Below, piece after piece: positions 35,742 to 45,890 of a stretch of DNA of 64,000 nt. The translations under genes were made by a program, and so were the position numbers. Each line of letters starts with the position of its first letter. The stretch's first letter is position 1. The notes beneath the pieces are model-generated. The model had not been told where the DNA came from. It saw only the letters and a list, made by a program, of their open reading frames with translations, and did not search any database. The stretch lies in assembly GCA_903916195.1 (NCBI GenBank), contig CAIWVP010000111.1:2530-66529 (forward strand). Reading direction: 5' to 3'. Source of the stretch: an uncultured Verrucomicrobiota bacterium (lineage in GTDB: Bacteria; Verrucomicrobiota; Verrucomicrobiia; Limisphaerales; UBA9464).

Positions 35742-36490
35742 ACCGCCGCGCCCTCCATCTCGCCCTCGCCGCGCTGGCCATGGTCGCCGGCACCGGTCTG
35801 CTGCTCTTGCAGCTCAAGACCCGCCAGCGGCTCGGCATGCCGGGCGTCCGGGTCACCGACGTGCCGCTGCTGGGCGAGAAAGGGCTCTCGGGCCGGACCC
35901 ATTCCGCCGCGTTGCCCTCCGATCTCCCGGGCTATTCGTTCCAGACCACACCGGTGACCGACCTGGAACTGAAGACCCTCCCTTCGGACACGACCTTCGG
36001 CCGCGGTCTCTACACGGCGGCGGACAACAGCCTCGAGGCCCAGGTGAGCGTGGTGCTCATGGGCTCGGACCGCACGAGCATCCACCGGCCGGAATACTGC
36101 CTCGAAGGCCAAGGCTGGCGGATCCTCCGGCGGACGCAGGCGGAGATCCCGATGAGCGGGGCGATGCGCGCGCCGATGCCGGTCCAGCGTTTCGATTCCA
36201 CCGCGACATGGAACCGCAACGGCGTGCGGCAGCAGATCGGCGGTGTCTACGTGTTCTACTTCGTCGCGGACGGACAGCGCACCGCGAGCCATTGGGAGCG
36301 CCAGTGGCGCATGATCCGCAGCTTGGTCCTGGAGAACGAGCTCCAGCGCTGGGCCTATGTCTCCTTCTTCACCGTCTGCGAGCCCGGCGACGAGGATGCG
36401 GCGTTCGACAAGTTGAGCCGTCTCATCGCGGCCTGCGCGCCACGGTTGGAGACGGCTTCGGCCGCGCCCGGCGTCGCCTCGAACCCGTGA
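35738..36490 (+). CDS. Exosortase-associated EpsI family protein, copy 1
   Basis: Its ATG overlaps the exosortase stop (ATGA). It has an N-terminal TM helix and EpsI-like blocks MGSDRTSIHRPEYCLEGQGW and YVFYFVADGQRT. Confidence 0.8.
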   Translation: MNRRALHLALAALAMVAGTGLLLLQLKTRQRLGMPGVRVTDVPLLGEKGLSGRTHSAALPSDLPGYSFQTTPVTDLELKTLPSDTTFGRGLYTAADNSLEAQVSVVLMGSDRTSIHRPEYCLEGQGWRILRRTQAEIPMSGAMRAPMPVQRFDSTATWNRNGVRQQIGGVYVFYFVADGQRTASHWERQWRMIRSLVLENELQRWAYVSFFTVCEPGDEDAAFDKLSRLIAACAPRLETASAAPGVASNP

Positions 36491-38205
36491 CCGTCCTCCG
36501 CCAACGCTGGAGGGATCTGCCGCACAAGTCGGTGCTGGCGGTGCTTTTGGCGGCGTGGTGCGCGCTGTTCCACTTCGTCGGCAACTCCAGCTTCGGGTAC
36601 GTGGACAGCCCCTCGATGTTCGGCTGGCTGGCCGGATGGTACCGGCTGACGGCGAACGGCGAGACCGGTGACGAGCTGTGCCCGCTGGTGCTCGGCCTGG
36701 TGGCCGTCCTTGCCTTCAACAAACGCGCCGAGCTGCTCCGGTCCGCGGCGGGGATCTGGGCGCCGGCCGTCCTCGGCGTCCTGCTCGGGCTCGCGTTCCA
36801 CGTGGTGGGCTACACGGTGCAACAGGTCCGGCTCTCGGTGCTCGGGTTCATCCTCGGCGCGTGGGCGTCGACCGGGGTCGTCTGGGGCCGGGCCTGGCTG
36901 CGCGCGACGGCGTTCCCGTGGTTCCTGACGGTCTTCGCCATCCCGGTCGCGGCGTACACCGACCCGTTGACGTTCCAGCTGCGGCTGCTGTCGACCGCGA
37001 TCTCGGTGGGGTTCAGCAAGCTGGTCCTGGGGATCTCGTTGTCTCGGGCCGGCACGATGGTGTCGCATCCGCCGGACGCACGGGACCCGCAGGGATTCGT
37101 GTTCGACGTCGTGGCGGCGTGCAGCGGCATCCGCAGCGCGACGCTCGTGCTCCTGATCACGGTCGTCTTCGCCTTCCTCGTCTTCCGGCCCGGATGGCGG
37201 CGCGCGGTGGTCATCCTTTCGGCGGTCCCGCTCGCGCTCTTGGGCAACGTGCTCCGCCTGGTCGTGGTGTTCTGGGTGGGCGACCGCTACGGGCAAGCGG
37301 CCGGCAAGCTGGTCGAGACCAAGTTCGGGTTCATCACCTACGTCGGCGCGGTGCTCGGCGTGCTCGTGCTCGGAAGGCTGCTGAAGGAACCCGCCGGGAA
37401 GGCCGCTGCGGTCGCTGGTCCCGGTGATGCCGCGCCGGTGCCGGGCAAAGCGGCTCGGTTCCCGACGTCGCTTGCCGCGGTCCTCGCTGTGTCGATGGCG
37501 GTCAGCGGGCTGCTGCTCGTCCGCCTGCGGGACCACCAGACGATCGGTGTGCCCGGCGTGAAGATCGTGCGGATGCCTTTGATCAGCAGCTCCGGTCGGC
37601 TGGCCCGGACCAACCAAGCGTTCTTGCCCACGATCGTCCCCGGCCACATCGGCCGATCGGAACCGGTGCCGGACACGGATCTCGATAATCTCCCGCCGGA
37701 CACGAGCTTCGGTTACGGCGCCTATCAAGCGACGGACGGCACCTTTTCCGCGCTTGCCCGGGTCGTGCTCATGGGCCGCGACCGCACGAGCATCCACCAG
37801 CCCGAGTTCTGCCTGAAAGGAGTGGGCTGGGACATCCGGTCGCGCCGGACCGAACGGATCCAGGTTCTCCGTCCGCATCCGTACGCGCTGGAGGTGCAGC
37901 GGTTCGACGCGAGCCAGAGCATCACGGCGCCCGATGGCCGGCTCCTGCAAAGGTCGGGCGTCTATGTGTTCTGGTTCGTGGCCGACGGCCAGCTGACGTC
38001 GAGCCATTGGACCCGGACCCGCTGGATGATCCGCGACCTGCTCACCCGGAACGTGCTCCAGCGCTGGGCCTACGTGTCCTACTTCGCGCTCTGCGCCCCG
38101 GGCGACGAGGATGCCACGTTCCAGCGGCTCAGCCGGCTGGTCGCGGCCAGCGTCCCCGAGTTCCAACTCGCGGCCGGGGAACCCGGACGGCCGTCCAGCC
38201 CGTGA
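36487..38205 (+). CDS. Exosortase-EpsI fusion protein, copy 2
   Basis: A GTG overlaps the preceding stop (GTGA). The N-terminal half has VAACSGIRS and GNVLRLV. With no stop in between, it continues through a TM helix into an EpsI domain (MGRDRTSIHQPEFCLKGVGW, YVFWFVADGQLT). Confidence 0.8.
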   Translation: MTVLRQRWRDLPHKSVLAVLLAAWCALFHFVGNSSFGYVDSPSMFGWLAGWYRLTANGETGDELCPLVLGLVAVLAFNKRAELLRSAAGIWAPAVLGVLLGLAFHVVGYTVQQVRLSVLGFILGAWASTGVVWGRAWLRATAFPWFLTVFAIPVAAYTDPLTFQLRLLSTAISVGFSKLVLGISLSRAGTMVSHPPDARDPQGFVFDVVAACSGIRSATLVLLITVVFAFLVFRPGWRRAVVILSAVPLALLGNVLRLVVVFWVGDRYGQAAGKLVETKFGFITYVGAVLGVLVLGRLLKEPAGKAAAVAGPGDAAPVPGKAARFPTSLAAVLAVSMAVSGLLLVRLRDHQTIGVPGVKIVRMPLISSSGRLARTNQAFLPTIVPGHIGRSEPVPDTDLDNLPPDTSFGYGAYQATDGTFSALARVVLMGRDRTSIHQPEFCLKGVGWDIRSRRTERIQVLRPHPYALEVQRFDASQSITAPDGRLLQRSGVYVFWFVADGQLTSSHWTRTRWMIRDLLTRNVLQRWAYVSYFALCAPGDEDATFQRLSRLVAASVPEFQLAAGEPGRPSSP

Positions 38206-38253
38206 TTCAGGCTTAACACCGGGCCTTCCGCCTGTCACAACCCCCCGCGAACC

Positions 38254-39648
38254 ATGCTCCGCCGACACCGGCAACTTCAGAACATGCTGCACAAGCCGCT
38301 CGACGCGGCGCTGTTCGGCGCGTCGTTCTGGCTGGCGCATTGGATCCGTTCCCTGCCGGTCTTCGACCACGAGAACCTGATCCAAGACTTCAGCGTCTAC
38401 GCTTGGCTGCTGGTGGTGATCGTCCCGCTGATCCCGCCGTTGCTCGGTTTCCAAGGGTACTACCAACGCCCGCTCTTCTTCTCCCGCCGCCTGACCTTGT
38501 GGCAGCTGGTGAAGGCCGCCGTCTGGATCACCATCGTGGTCAACACGGTCTTGTTCTTCCGGAAGGCCGAGGTCTCGCGCGGCGTGGTCCTGCTCTTCCT
38601 GCCCATCGCGGTCGGCATCGTGTTCATCAAGGAGGAGGCGGTGCGCCGGTGGAACCTCGCCCGACGCGGCAACCAAGCGGCCCACAAGCGCGTCATCCTG
38701 GTCGGCAGCTCCGGCCGCAGCGGTGAGGACACCGTGCGCTTGGAGCGGTCGATCGCCTCCGGCACGCTCGGCGATGTCGAGGTGGTGGCCCGGGTCGACC
38801 TCGCCGACACCGCGCCCAGCCGGCTCGCGGAGCTCCTCCACGAGACCTCGGCCAACGCCGTCATCATCTCGCCGCGCCAGGCACTGTTCAGCCAGATCGA
38901 AGTGGCCATCCAGGTGTGCGAACTGGAGGGCGTCGAGGTGTGGCTGCTCGCGGATTTCTTCCAGACGCGGCTTTCGCAGGCCACGGTCGATGAACTCAAC
39001 GGCCAGCCGGTGCTCGTCTTCCGCACAGGGCCCGAGGCTTCGTGGCAGGCGTTGATCAAGAGCGGCATCGATTTCACCGGCTCGGTCGCGCTGCTGCTCG
39101 CCACCGCGCCCGTGATGGCGTTGGCGGCGATCGCGGTGCGGCTGACCTCGCCCGGACCGGTGCTTTTCCGGCAACAGCGCGCCGGGTTGAACGGTCATCC
39201 GTTCACCATGCTGAAGTTCCGCACCATGGTGACCAACGCCGAGCAGATGCAGCAGGAGCTCGCCCAGCTCAACGAGATGTCCGGGCCTGTCTTCAAGGTC
39301 ACCAACGACCCGCGCATCACGCCGGTCGGCCGCTTCCTCCGCCGCTACAGCATCGACGAGCTGCCGCAGCTCTGGAACGTCGCCACCGGCGAGATGAGCC
39401 TCGTCGGTCCGCGTCCGTTGCCGGTCCACGAGGTGAAGCGCTTCGACGATCCCGCCCATCGCCGCCGCCTCAGCGTGAAGCCCGGTCTCACCTGCCTCTG
39501 GCAGGTCAGCGGCCGCAACAACGTCAGCGATTTCAAGGAATGGGTCCGGCTCGACCTCGAGTACATCGACAACTGGTCGCTCTGGCTCGATATCAAGATC
39601 CTCCTGCGCACGGTCCCGGCCGTCTTCGTCGGCGCCGGCGCGAAGTGA
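38254..39648 (+). CDS. Polyprenyl-phosphate glycosyl-1-phosphate transferase (WbaP/EpsB-type bacterial sugar transferase)
   Basis: N-terminal TM helices and a central Rossmann-like segment. The C-terminal catalytic domain has [20 protein letters not shown] and [21 protein letters not shown]. Confidence 0.9.
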   Translation: MLRRHRQLQNMLHKPLDAALFGASFWLAHWIRSLPVFDHENLIQDFSVYAWLLVVIVPLIPPLLGFQGYYQRPLFFSRRLTLWQLVKAAVWITIVVNTVLFFRKAEVSRGVVLLFLPIAVGIVFIKEEAVRRWNLARRGNQAAHKRVILVGSSGRSGEDTVRLERSIASGTLGDVEVVARVDLADTAPSRLAELLHETSANAVIISPRQALFSQIEVAIQVCELEGVEVWLLADFFQTRLSQATVDELNGQPVLVFRTGPEASWQALIKSGIDFTGSVALLLATAPVMALAAIAVRLTSPGPVLFRQQRAGLNGHPFTMLKFRTMVTNAEQMQQELAQLNEMSGPVFKVTNDPRITPVGRFLRRYSIDELPQLWNVATGEMSLVGPRPLPVHEVKRFDDPAHRRRLSVKPGLTCLWQVSGRNNVSDFKEWVRLDLEYIDNWSLWLDIKILLRTVPAVFVGAGAK

Positions 39649-39751
39649 TCCCGGCCCTCGACGGAGGCCGGCCCCCGTGCCACGTTACAGTCATCGGGTG
39701 GATCCCACCGGACTGCCATCGTCCTGCGGATCCTCCCCCCACCGGATCCGC

Positions 39752-40735
<984 letters not shown>

Positions 40736-40893
40736 GCACCGGAGCGCGGTCGGCCCGCCCGCCCGCCGGGCCGGATACCGTGGTCATGGACGAAGGCGTC
40801 CAGCGACTTCCGGTGGCCGAAAGGGTGTCGCTGCCACACTCCGCCACCGCGAGACGTAGGCGCGTTCCACGCACCGTGCGAGATCCGCGAGGT

Positions 40894-41047
40894 CTTGGAG
40901 TGCGGCAGTCCTCTGCCGCTTTTTCGCTGAGGACGGTCTTGCCGCAGAGAGGCGCAAGTGGCGCAGAACCGACGGACGTCGTGCTTTCCTTTGAACCTTG
41001 AGCGTCGGCTGCCGGGCCGAGAGCGGCAGAGGACTGCCGCACTCCAA
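40894..41047. repeat. Perfect 26-bp inverted repeat pair separated by 102 bp (REP/MITE-like)
   Basis: ttggagtgcggcagtcctctgccgct (40894-40919) is the exact reverse complement of 41022-41047. It lies in a 430-bp noncoding gap. Confidence 0.7.
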
Positions 41048-41166
41048 GACGCTGGTGCGACTGCGCCGCCACCTCTGCCCTAGGAGCGGCGGTCGCCTCA
41101 TGCGCGAGTTGGTTTTTCCAGGCCGCCACGCGAACGAAGGCGTCGGCATTCTCGGACGTCGTCCGC

Positions 41167-42606
41167 CTACCGCTTCTTCGGCGCGTTCGCCGCCGTGCCG
41201 GTGCCTTGCCGGTCGATTTGGCTGAAGTCTCCGTCGGCGCTGTGCTTGGTCAGCACCAAGCCGTCGGCGTAGGCGTAGATGCGCTCCCATTTCCCGTTCG
41301 GCATCTGCCGTGCCTGCTTCTCGCGGAACAGGATCAGGTCTGGCTCTGCCTCACTGATGACACGCTCGTGGGGAAAGAACTCGAACAGGTCGGGTGAGAT
41401 GCCTCCCTCTAAGGTTCCGTCCGCCTGGAGATCCATCTCGCTGCGCATCTCATCGAAGCTCGCAGGGTAGCGAGAATTGTTTCGGGCGGAGAATGTTTGC
41501 GCCGCGAGGCCGAGGTTCCTCATCGCTTTGAGGACTAGAAACGAATGCTGCCTCGCGTCTGCCATGGCCAAGGCTTTCGCCCTCTCGGCTGTGATTTCTG
41601 AAAAGGCTGCGCGCACTTCGGCGCCCTGCAGACGATTCTGCAGATTTGAGCCTCTCGATGCAGTCGCGGCCTGCCGCAGTTGCGTGATCTCGCTGCGAAG
41701 GCGAAGCAGTTCCGTGTGCTCGTCACGGACCTGTCCTTCTGATTCTTGTGCCGCTGGAGGGGAAGTCGGCGGCACCGTCGTGAGCGCAACCACCTGCCGC
41801 CGCAGCCCGGCGTTCTCATCGGCGAGCCGGGTGATGCTGCGTTGTTGCCAGGAAAGCGTGGTCGCCACGATCGCGGTGCCCACGATCCCGAGTGCGAGTT
41901 TGGATTTCATAAGCGTGACCACGGAAAATGTCCCCCACGCCGCCGCGCCCGCGCCGGCCAGCGATGCCGTGGCGATGACGCCGGCCAACCCGACCGGGGC
42001 CGCCTGCGTGCCCGCCACGCCGAGCGCCGCGGCGACGATGCCGCCGTTGACCGTCACGCCACGTTTCCGGAACGCCTCGCGGAGCTTTTCCAGCGCGCGG
42101 CTCACGCGTTTCTGTGCGGCGTCCTCGTTGGTGCCCAAGTTCGCGCCGACCTCGGCGAGGCTCCGGCCGGCGAGGAAGCGCAACACGACGGCGTCGCGGT
42201 CTGTCTCGGTGAGATCGGCGAGCGCGGCATCGAGCACCGGCTGGAGCTCGGCGGCGGCGCGGGCCTCGGCGTCGCCGGATCGGAGTTCGTTCTGCTGCAT
42301 CGCTTGTCGCTCTCGTTGCGCGCGGCGCGCTTCGCCGCGGATGTGCTTCGCCGCCGCGTGGCAGGCGGCTCGGTACAACCAACCGGCGAGCACCGTGCCC
42401 GGAGGCAGCTTGTCGGCCTTGCGGGCGAGGTCGGTGAAGACCGTCTGCGCCACGTCCCGCGCGAGGTCCGCATCGCCGCTGACCCGCCGTGCCGCCGCCC
42501 AGACGAGGTCGCAGTGGCGCCGCACCAGTTCGGTGAACGCCGCGTCGGCGCCCGCGTCCTGTTCGGCGTAGCGGCGCAGCAGCTCATGGTCGGCGGTGTC
42601 GTTCAT
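41167..42606 (-). CDS. ECF sigma factor fused to a transmembrane/coiled-coil/C-terminal globular extension
   Basis: Sigma region 2 (FTELVRRHCDLVWAAARRVSGDADLARDVAQTVF...LAGWLYRAACHAA) and region 4 (DRDAVVLRFLAGRSLAEVGANLGTNEDAAQKRVSRALEKLR) are present. Ala/Gly-rich hydrophobic helices follow, then a heptad-like LRRQV...LLRLRSEITQLRQ and about 130 further aa. Confidence 0.75.
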   Translation of the reverse strand: MNDTADHELLRRYAEQDAGADAAFTELVRRHCDLVWAAARRVSGDADLARDVAQTVFTDLARKADKLPPGTVLAGWLYRAACHAAAKHIRGEARRAQRERQAMQQNELRSGDAEARAAAELQPVLDAALADLTETDRDAVVLRFLAGRSLAEVGANLGTNEDAAQKRVSRALEKLREAFRKRGVTVNGGIVAAALGVAGTQAAPVGLAGVIATASLAGAGAAAWGTFSVVTLMKSKLALGIVGTAIVATTLSWQQRSITRLADENAGLRRQVVALTTVPPTSPPAAQESEGQVRDEHTELLRLRSEITQLRQAATASRGSNLQNRLQGAEVRAAFSEITAERAKALAMADARQHSFLVLKAMRNLGLAAQTFSARNNSRYPASFDEMRSEMDLQADGTLEGGISPDLFEFFPHERVISEAEPDLILFREKQARQMPNGKWERIYAYADGLVLTKHSADGDFSQIDRQGTGTAANAPKKR

Positions 42607-42884
42607 CGCGTCTTCACCCAGTAACACCCGCGGGAGGAAGAATTCCGACACGGCATATCCGGGAAAGGACGGCCCGTCCAAGACGTGTCCGCGAAACGCG
42701 CGAAAGAACGCGAAGCAGAAAAGAGGGGGCGGGCAAGCCTCGGGACAGGATCCTCGGTCCTGCCGCCGCGACGCTCCCGCCTCCTTTTCACGTCCGTCCG
42801 CGGGTTTCGCGGACCTCTTCTTCGCCTCCTTGGATGCCCGGCTTCCTGCTTTTCCCCGGGACCGGTCCTCGCTAAGGTACGGAC

Positions 42885-43976
42885 ATGCGTTCGGTTCAGG
42901 TCCCCCTCGGGGAGCGGTCGTACACCATCACGGTGGGCAACGGGCTCATCGCAAAACTGGGCGACCATTGCCGCCGGCTGAAGCTCGGCGAGCGCTGCGT
43001 GGTGATCACCGACACCAACGTCGGGCCGAGGTTCGCCAACGACGCGGTGAAGGCCCTGAAGATGGCCGGCTTCGTGCCCAGCGTCGTCACCGTGCCGGCG
43101 GGCGAGACCGCGAAATCCTTCAAAGTGGTGGCCGATTGCTACGACCAGCTGGCGATGAAGCGGCTGGAGCGGAAGTCGTTCGTCGTCGCGCTCGGCGGCG
43201 GCGTGGTCGGCGACCTGGCGGGCTTCGTCGCCGCGACCTATCTGCGCGGCATCCCGTTCGTCCAGGTGCCCACGACGCTGCTCGCGCAGGTCGATTCCTC
43301 CGTCGGCGGCAAGGTCGGCGTGAACCTCAAGGCCGGGAAGAACCTGGTCGGCGCCTTCCACCAACCGCGCGCGGTGCTCTGCGACCTCGATACCCTCGCC
43401 TCGCTGCCGGAGCGGGAGTTCCGCGCGGGCTTCGGCGAGATCATCAAGTACGGGGTCATCCGCGACAACGAGCTGTTCAAGCGCCTGGAGAAGGAGATCG
43501 ACAAGCTGCTCGCCCGCGACGCCGCGGCGCTCACCAACGTCATCGCCCGCTGCTGCACGATCAAGGCCGAGGTGGTCGCGGCCGACGAGACGGAATCCGG
43601 CTTGCGTGCATCGCTGAACTTCGGCCACACGCTCGGCCACGCGATCGAGGTGGTCTCCGGCTACGGTGAATATCTCCACGGCGAGGCGATCAGCATCGGA
43701 CAGGTGGCGGCGGCCCGGTTGTCCGCGCGGCTGCTCGGGTTCCCGGAGAAGGACGCCGACCGCGTCCGCGACCTGTTCGCCAAGGCCGGTCTGCCGGTGA
43801 CGATGAAGATCGTGCCCAAGAAGCGCGAAGCCTTGTTCGACGCCATGCGCCTGGACAAGAAGGTGGCGGGCGGCGAGCTGAAGTTCGTGCTCGTGAAGGC
43901 GCTCGGCGACGTCGTCTGGGGCCAGCGCGTGCCCGATGCCGACATCAACGCCGTGCTGGCCGGCATCACGGCCTGA
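42885..43976 (+). CDS. aroB: 3-dehydroquinate synthase
   Basis: GGGVVGDLAGFVAATYLRGIPFVQVPTTLLAQVDSSVGGK and NFGHTLGHAIE motifs. Confidence 0.9.
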   Translation: MRSVQVPLGERSYTITVGNGLIAKLGDHCRRLKLGERCVVITDTNVGPRFANDAVKALKMAGFVPSVVTVPAGETAKSFKVVADCYDQLAMKRLERKSFVVALGGGVVGDLAGFVAATYLRGIPFVQVPTTLLAQVDSSVGGKVGVNLKAGKNLVGAFHQPRAVLCDLDTLASLPEREFRAGFGEIIKYGVIRDNELFKRLEKEIDKLLARDAAALTNVIARCCTIKAEVVAADETESGLRASLNFGHTLGHAIEVVSGYGEYLHGEAISIGQVAAARLSARLLGFPEKDADRVRDLFAKAGLPVTMKIVPKKREALFDAMRLDKKVAGGELKFVLVKALGDVVWGQRVPDADINAVLAGITA

Positions 43977-44115
43977 CCGGGAGGACGGCTCGGCGGTGCG
44001 GATCCGGTCCGACCCGGCCTTCCGGGGGGGCGGCGGCTCTCTCCGCGGGTCTCGTCTCCGTCAGCGGTGAGGAGCGCCGACGAGCGGTTCTTTCCTCGCC
44101 TGCGTCCCTGGCCCC

Positions 44116-44973
44116 TCAGAACTGCACTTCGAACAGCCGGAAGAAGAAGACCCGGTTGTTGGTGTTGTTGTAGAGGTTGGACCCGGGGATCTTGTCGTCC
44201 CGGAACAGGCCGGTGTCGGTCCACGTCTTCAGGTTCGGGCTGTAGAGGACCCGGTACGAGGCGTCGGCGTTGGTCTTCCAGCTGAAATCCAAGGAATTGG
44301 TGCCCACGAGCATGGTCAACTCCTTCGTCTTGGGCTGCGGCAGGGGAGGCGCCACTTTGGCCGGATCGAAGGCCAGCGCGGACGCCCCGATCCGCAGGAT
44401 GTCCACCTTCTGGATCACGACCGCCGTCACCGGCTTGTCGCCGGCGCCGGTGAGGACGTTGCCGATGGCCAGGACCACGTCCAATCCTTCGACCGTCTCG
44501 CCCCACACGGTGTAGGCGCCGTCGAGCGCCGGGGTGTTCGTGAGCGTGAAGTAGAGCTGGGCCCCGTAGGTATCCTGCGCCGAGGTCCGCGCGGCTCCGA
44601 GCATCCCGGCCTTGCTGTGCCTGAGATCGGGCTTGATCTCGTTGGCCAGGGTGTAGCCGGGGCCGTCGGTCCCGTTGCCGTTCGGTGAACCGGTCTGGAT
44701 CACGAAGCCTTTGACCACGCGATGGAAGGTCAGGCCGTCGTAGAAGCGCCGGTTGACCACCCCGGGAAGCGTGAAATCGATGACCGGTTGGGTGCCTTCG
44801 GCGAGCCCGACGAAGTGGGCCACGGTCCGCGGGGTCTGCTCGTGGTAGAGCTTCGCGGTGAACGCACCCATCGAGGTGGTGAAGCGCGCGTACAGGCCGT
44901 CCGGCAGCTCCGCGGCCGCCATGTGGGCGGCTGCGGCCAAGGACAGGACCCAACCGAGCCAAGACGATCGCAT
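44116..44973 (-). CDS. Cyclophilin-type peptidyl-prolyl isomerase with extra C-terminal module
   Basis: It has a signal peptide. FHRVVKGFVIQTGSPNGNGTDGPGY and LYFTLTNTPALDG are cyclophilin motifs. The C-terminal tail of about 75 aa is ASYRVLYSPNLKTWTDTG...RVFFFRLFEVQF. Confidence 0.85.
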   Translation of the reverse strand: MRSSWLGWVLSLAAAAHMAAAELPDGLYARFTTSMGAFTAKLYHEQTPRTVAHFVGLAEGTQPVIDFTLPGVVNRRFYDGLTFHRVVKGFVIQTGSPNGNGTDGPGYTLANEIKPDLRHSKAGMLGAARTSAQDTYGAQLYFTLTNTPALDGAYTVWGETVEGLDVVLAIGNVLTGAGDKPVTAVVIQKVDILRIGASALAFDPAKVAPPLPQPKTKELTMLVGTNSLDFSWKTNADASYRVLYSPNLKTWTDTGLFRDDKIPGSNLYNNTNNRVFFFRLFEVQF

Positions 44974-44992
44974 GCCCCGGAGCCTGCCCGTT

Positions 44993-45784
44993 TCAACGGA
45001 ACGCTTCAAGCTGCGCGCCGAGCAGGCCGTTGTGGCAGGCCACGGCCACGCGATGATCGCCACCGGGCAGCGGCGTGCAGCCGGGTTCGCCGCCCGCGCA
45101 CTCGACGATCAACGCGCCGGCCGCGACGTCCCAGAGCCGCACACCGGCCTCCAGATAGGCGTCGAACCGTCCGTCGGCCACGTACACGAGAGCGAGCGCC
45201 GCCGAGCCCATGATGCGGAGCTTGCGCACCCGCGGGGTCAGCGCGCGGAACTGCGCGACGGTGGCGTCCAAGCTCTCGTCGTTCTTCGCGAAACCGAGCG
45301 ACACGATCGTCTCCGCGAGCTCCTTCCGGCGGCTGACGTGGATCTTGCGTCCGTCGAGCCTCGCGGCCTGTCCGCGGATGGCCGTCCACCGTTCGCCGAC
45401 GAACGGGTCCAGCACCACGCCGACCTCCGAGCGGAACGCCCCGGCGTCGTCGCGCGTCTGCAGCGCGATGCTCACGCAGCAGTGCGGGATGCCATGGGCG
45501 AAGTTCACCGTGCCGTCGATCGGGTCCACGACCCAGCGGGCCGCGGCGCGTTCCGAGGCGTCGTCGATGCCTTCCTCGCCGAGCACCGGGACCTCCGGGA
45601 AACGCTGCGCGAGCAACCGGGTGATCACGCGCTGGCAGCGGACGTCGAGCTCGAGCTTGATGTCGTGCGCGTGCGTCGCGTCCACCTTCTTGGTGCGGCG
45701 CATGTTGAGCCGCATGAGCGCGCCGGCGGCATCGGCGGCATCGGCGGCGGCGGAAAGGGCTTCGCGGAGTCGGGAGAGTTTCAT
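44993..45784 (-). CDS. Inositol monophosphatase family protein (SuhB-like)
   Basis: GEEG, WVVDPIDGTVNFAHG and the WDVAAG motif are present. The start is at the ATG at 45784 (MKLSRL). Confidence 0.85.
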   Translation of the reverse strand: MKLSRLREALSAAADAADAAGALMRLNMRRTKKVDATHAHDIKLELDVRCQRVITRLLAQRFPEVPVLGEEGIDDASERAAARWVVDPIDGTVNFAHGIPHCCVSIALQTRDDAGAFRSEVGVVLDPFVGERWTAIRGQAARLDGRKIHVSRRKELAETIVSLGFAKNDESLDATVAQFRALTPRVRKLRIMGSAALALVYVADGRFDAYLEAGVRLWDVAAGALIVECAGGEPGCTPLPGGDHRVAVACHNGLLGAQLEAFR

Positions 45785-45890
45785 CCGGCGGCCGGTAGCG
45801 AAGCGGAACGCGGTCCCGCGCGCAAAGCGGGAAACGCCGACGGGTGAGGTCCGAGGTGGCGACGCTGATCCGGTCACCACCACCGCGGCC

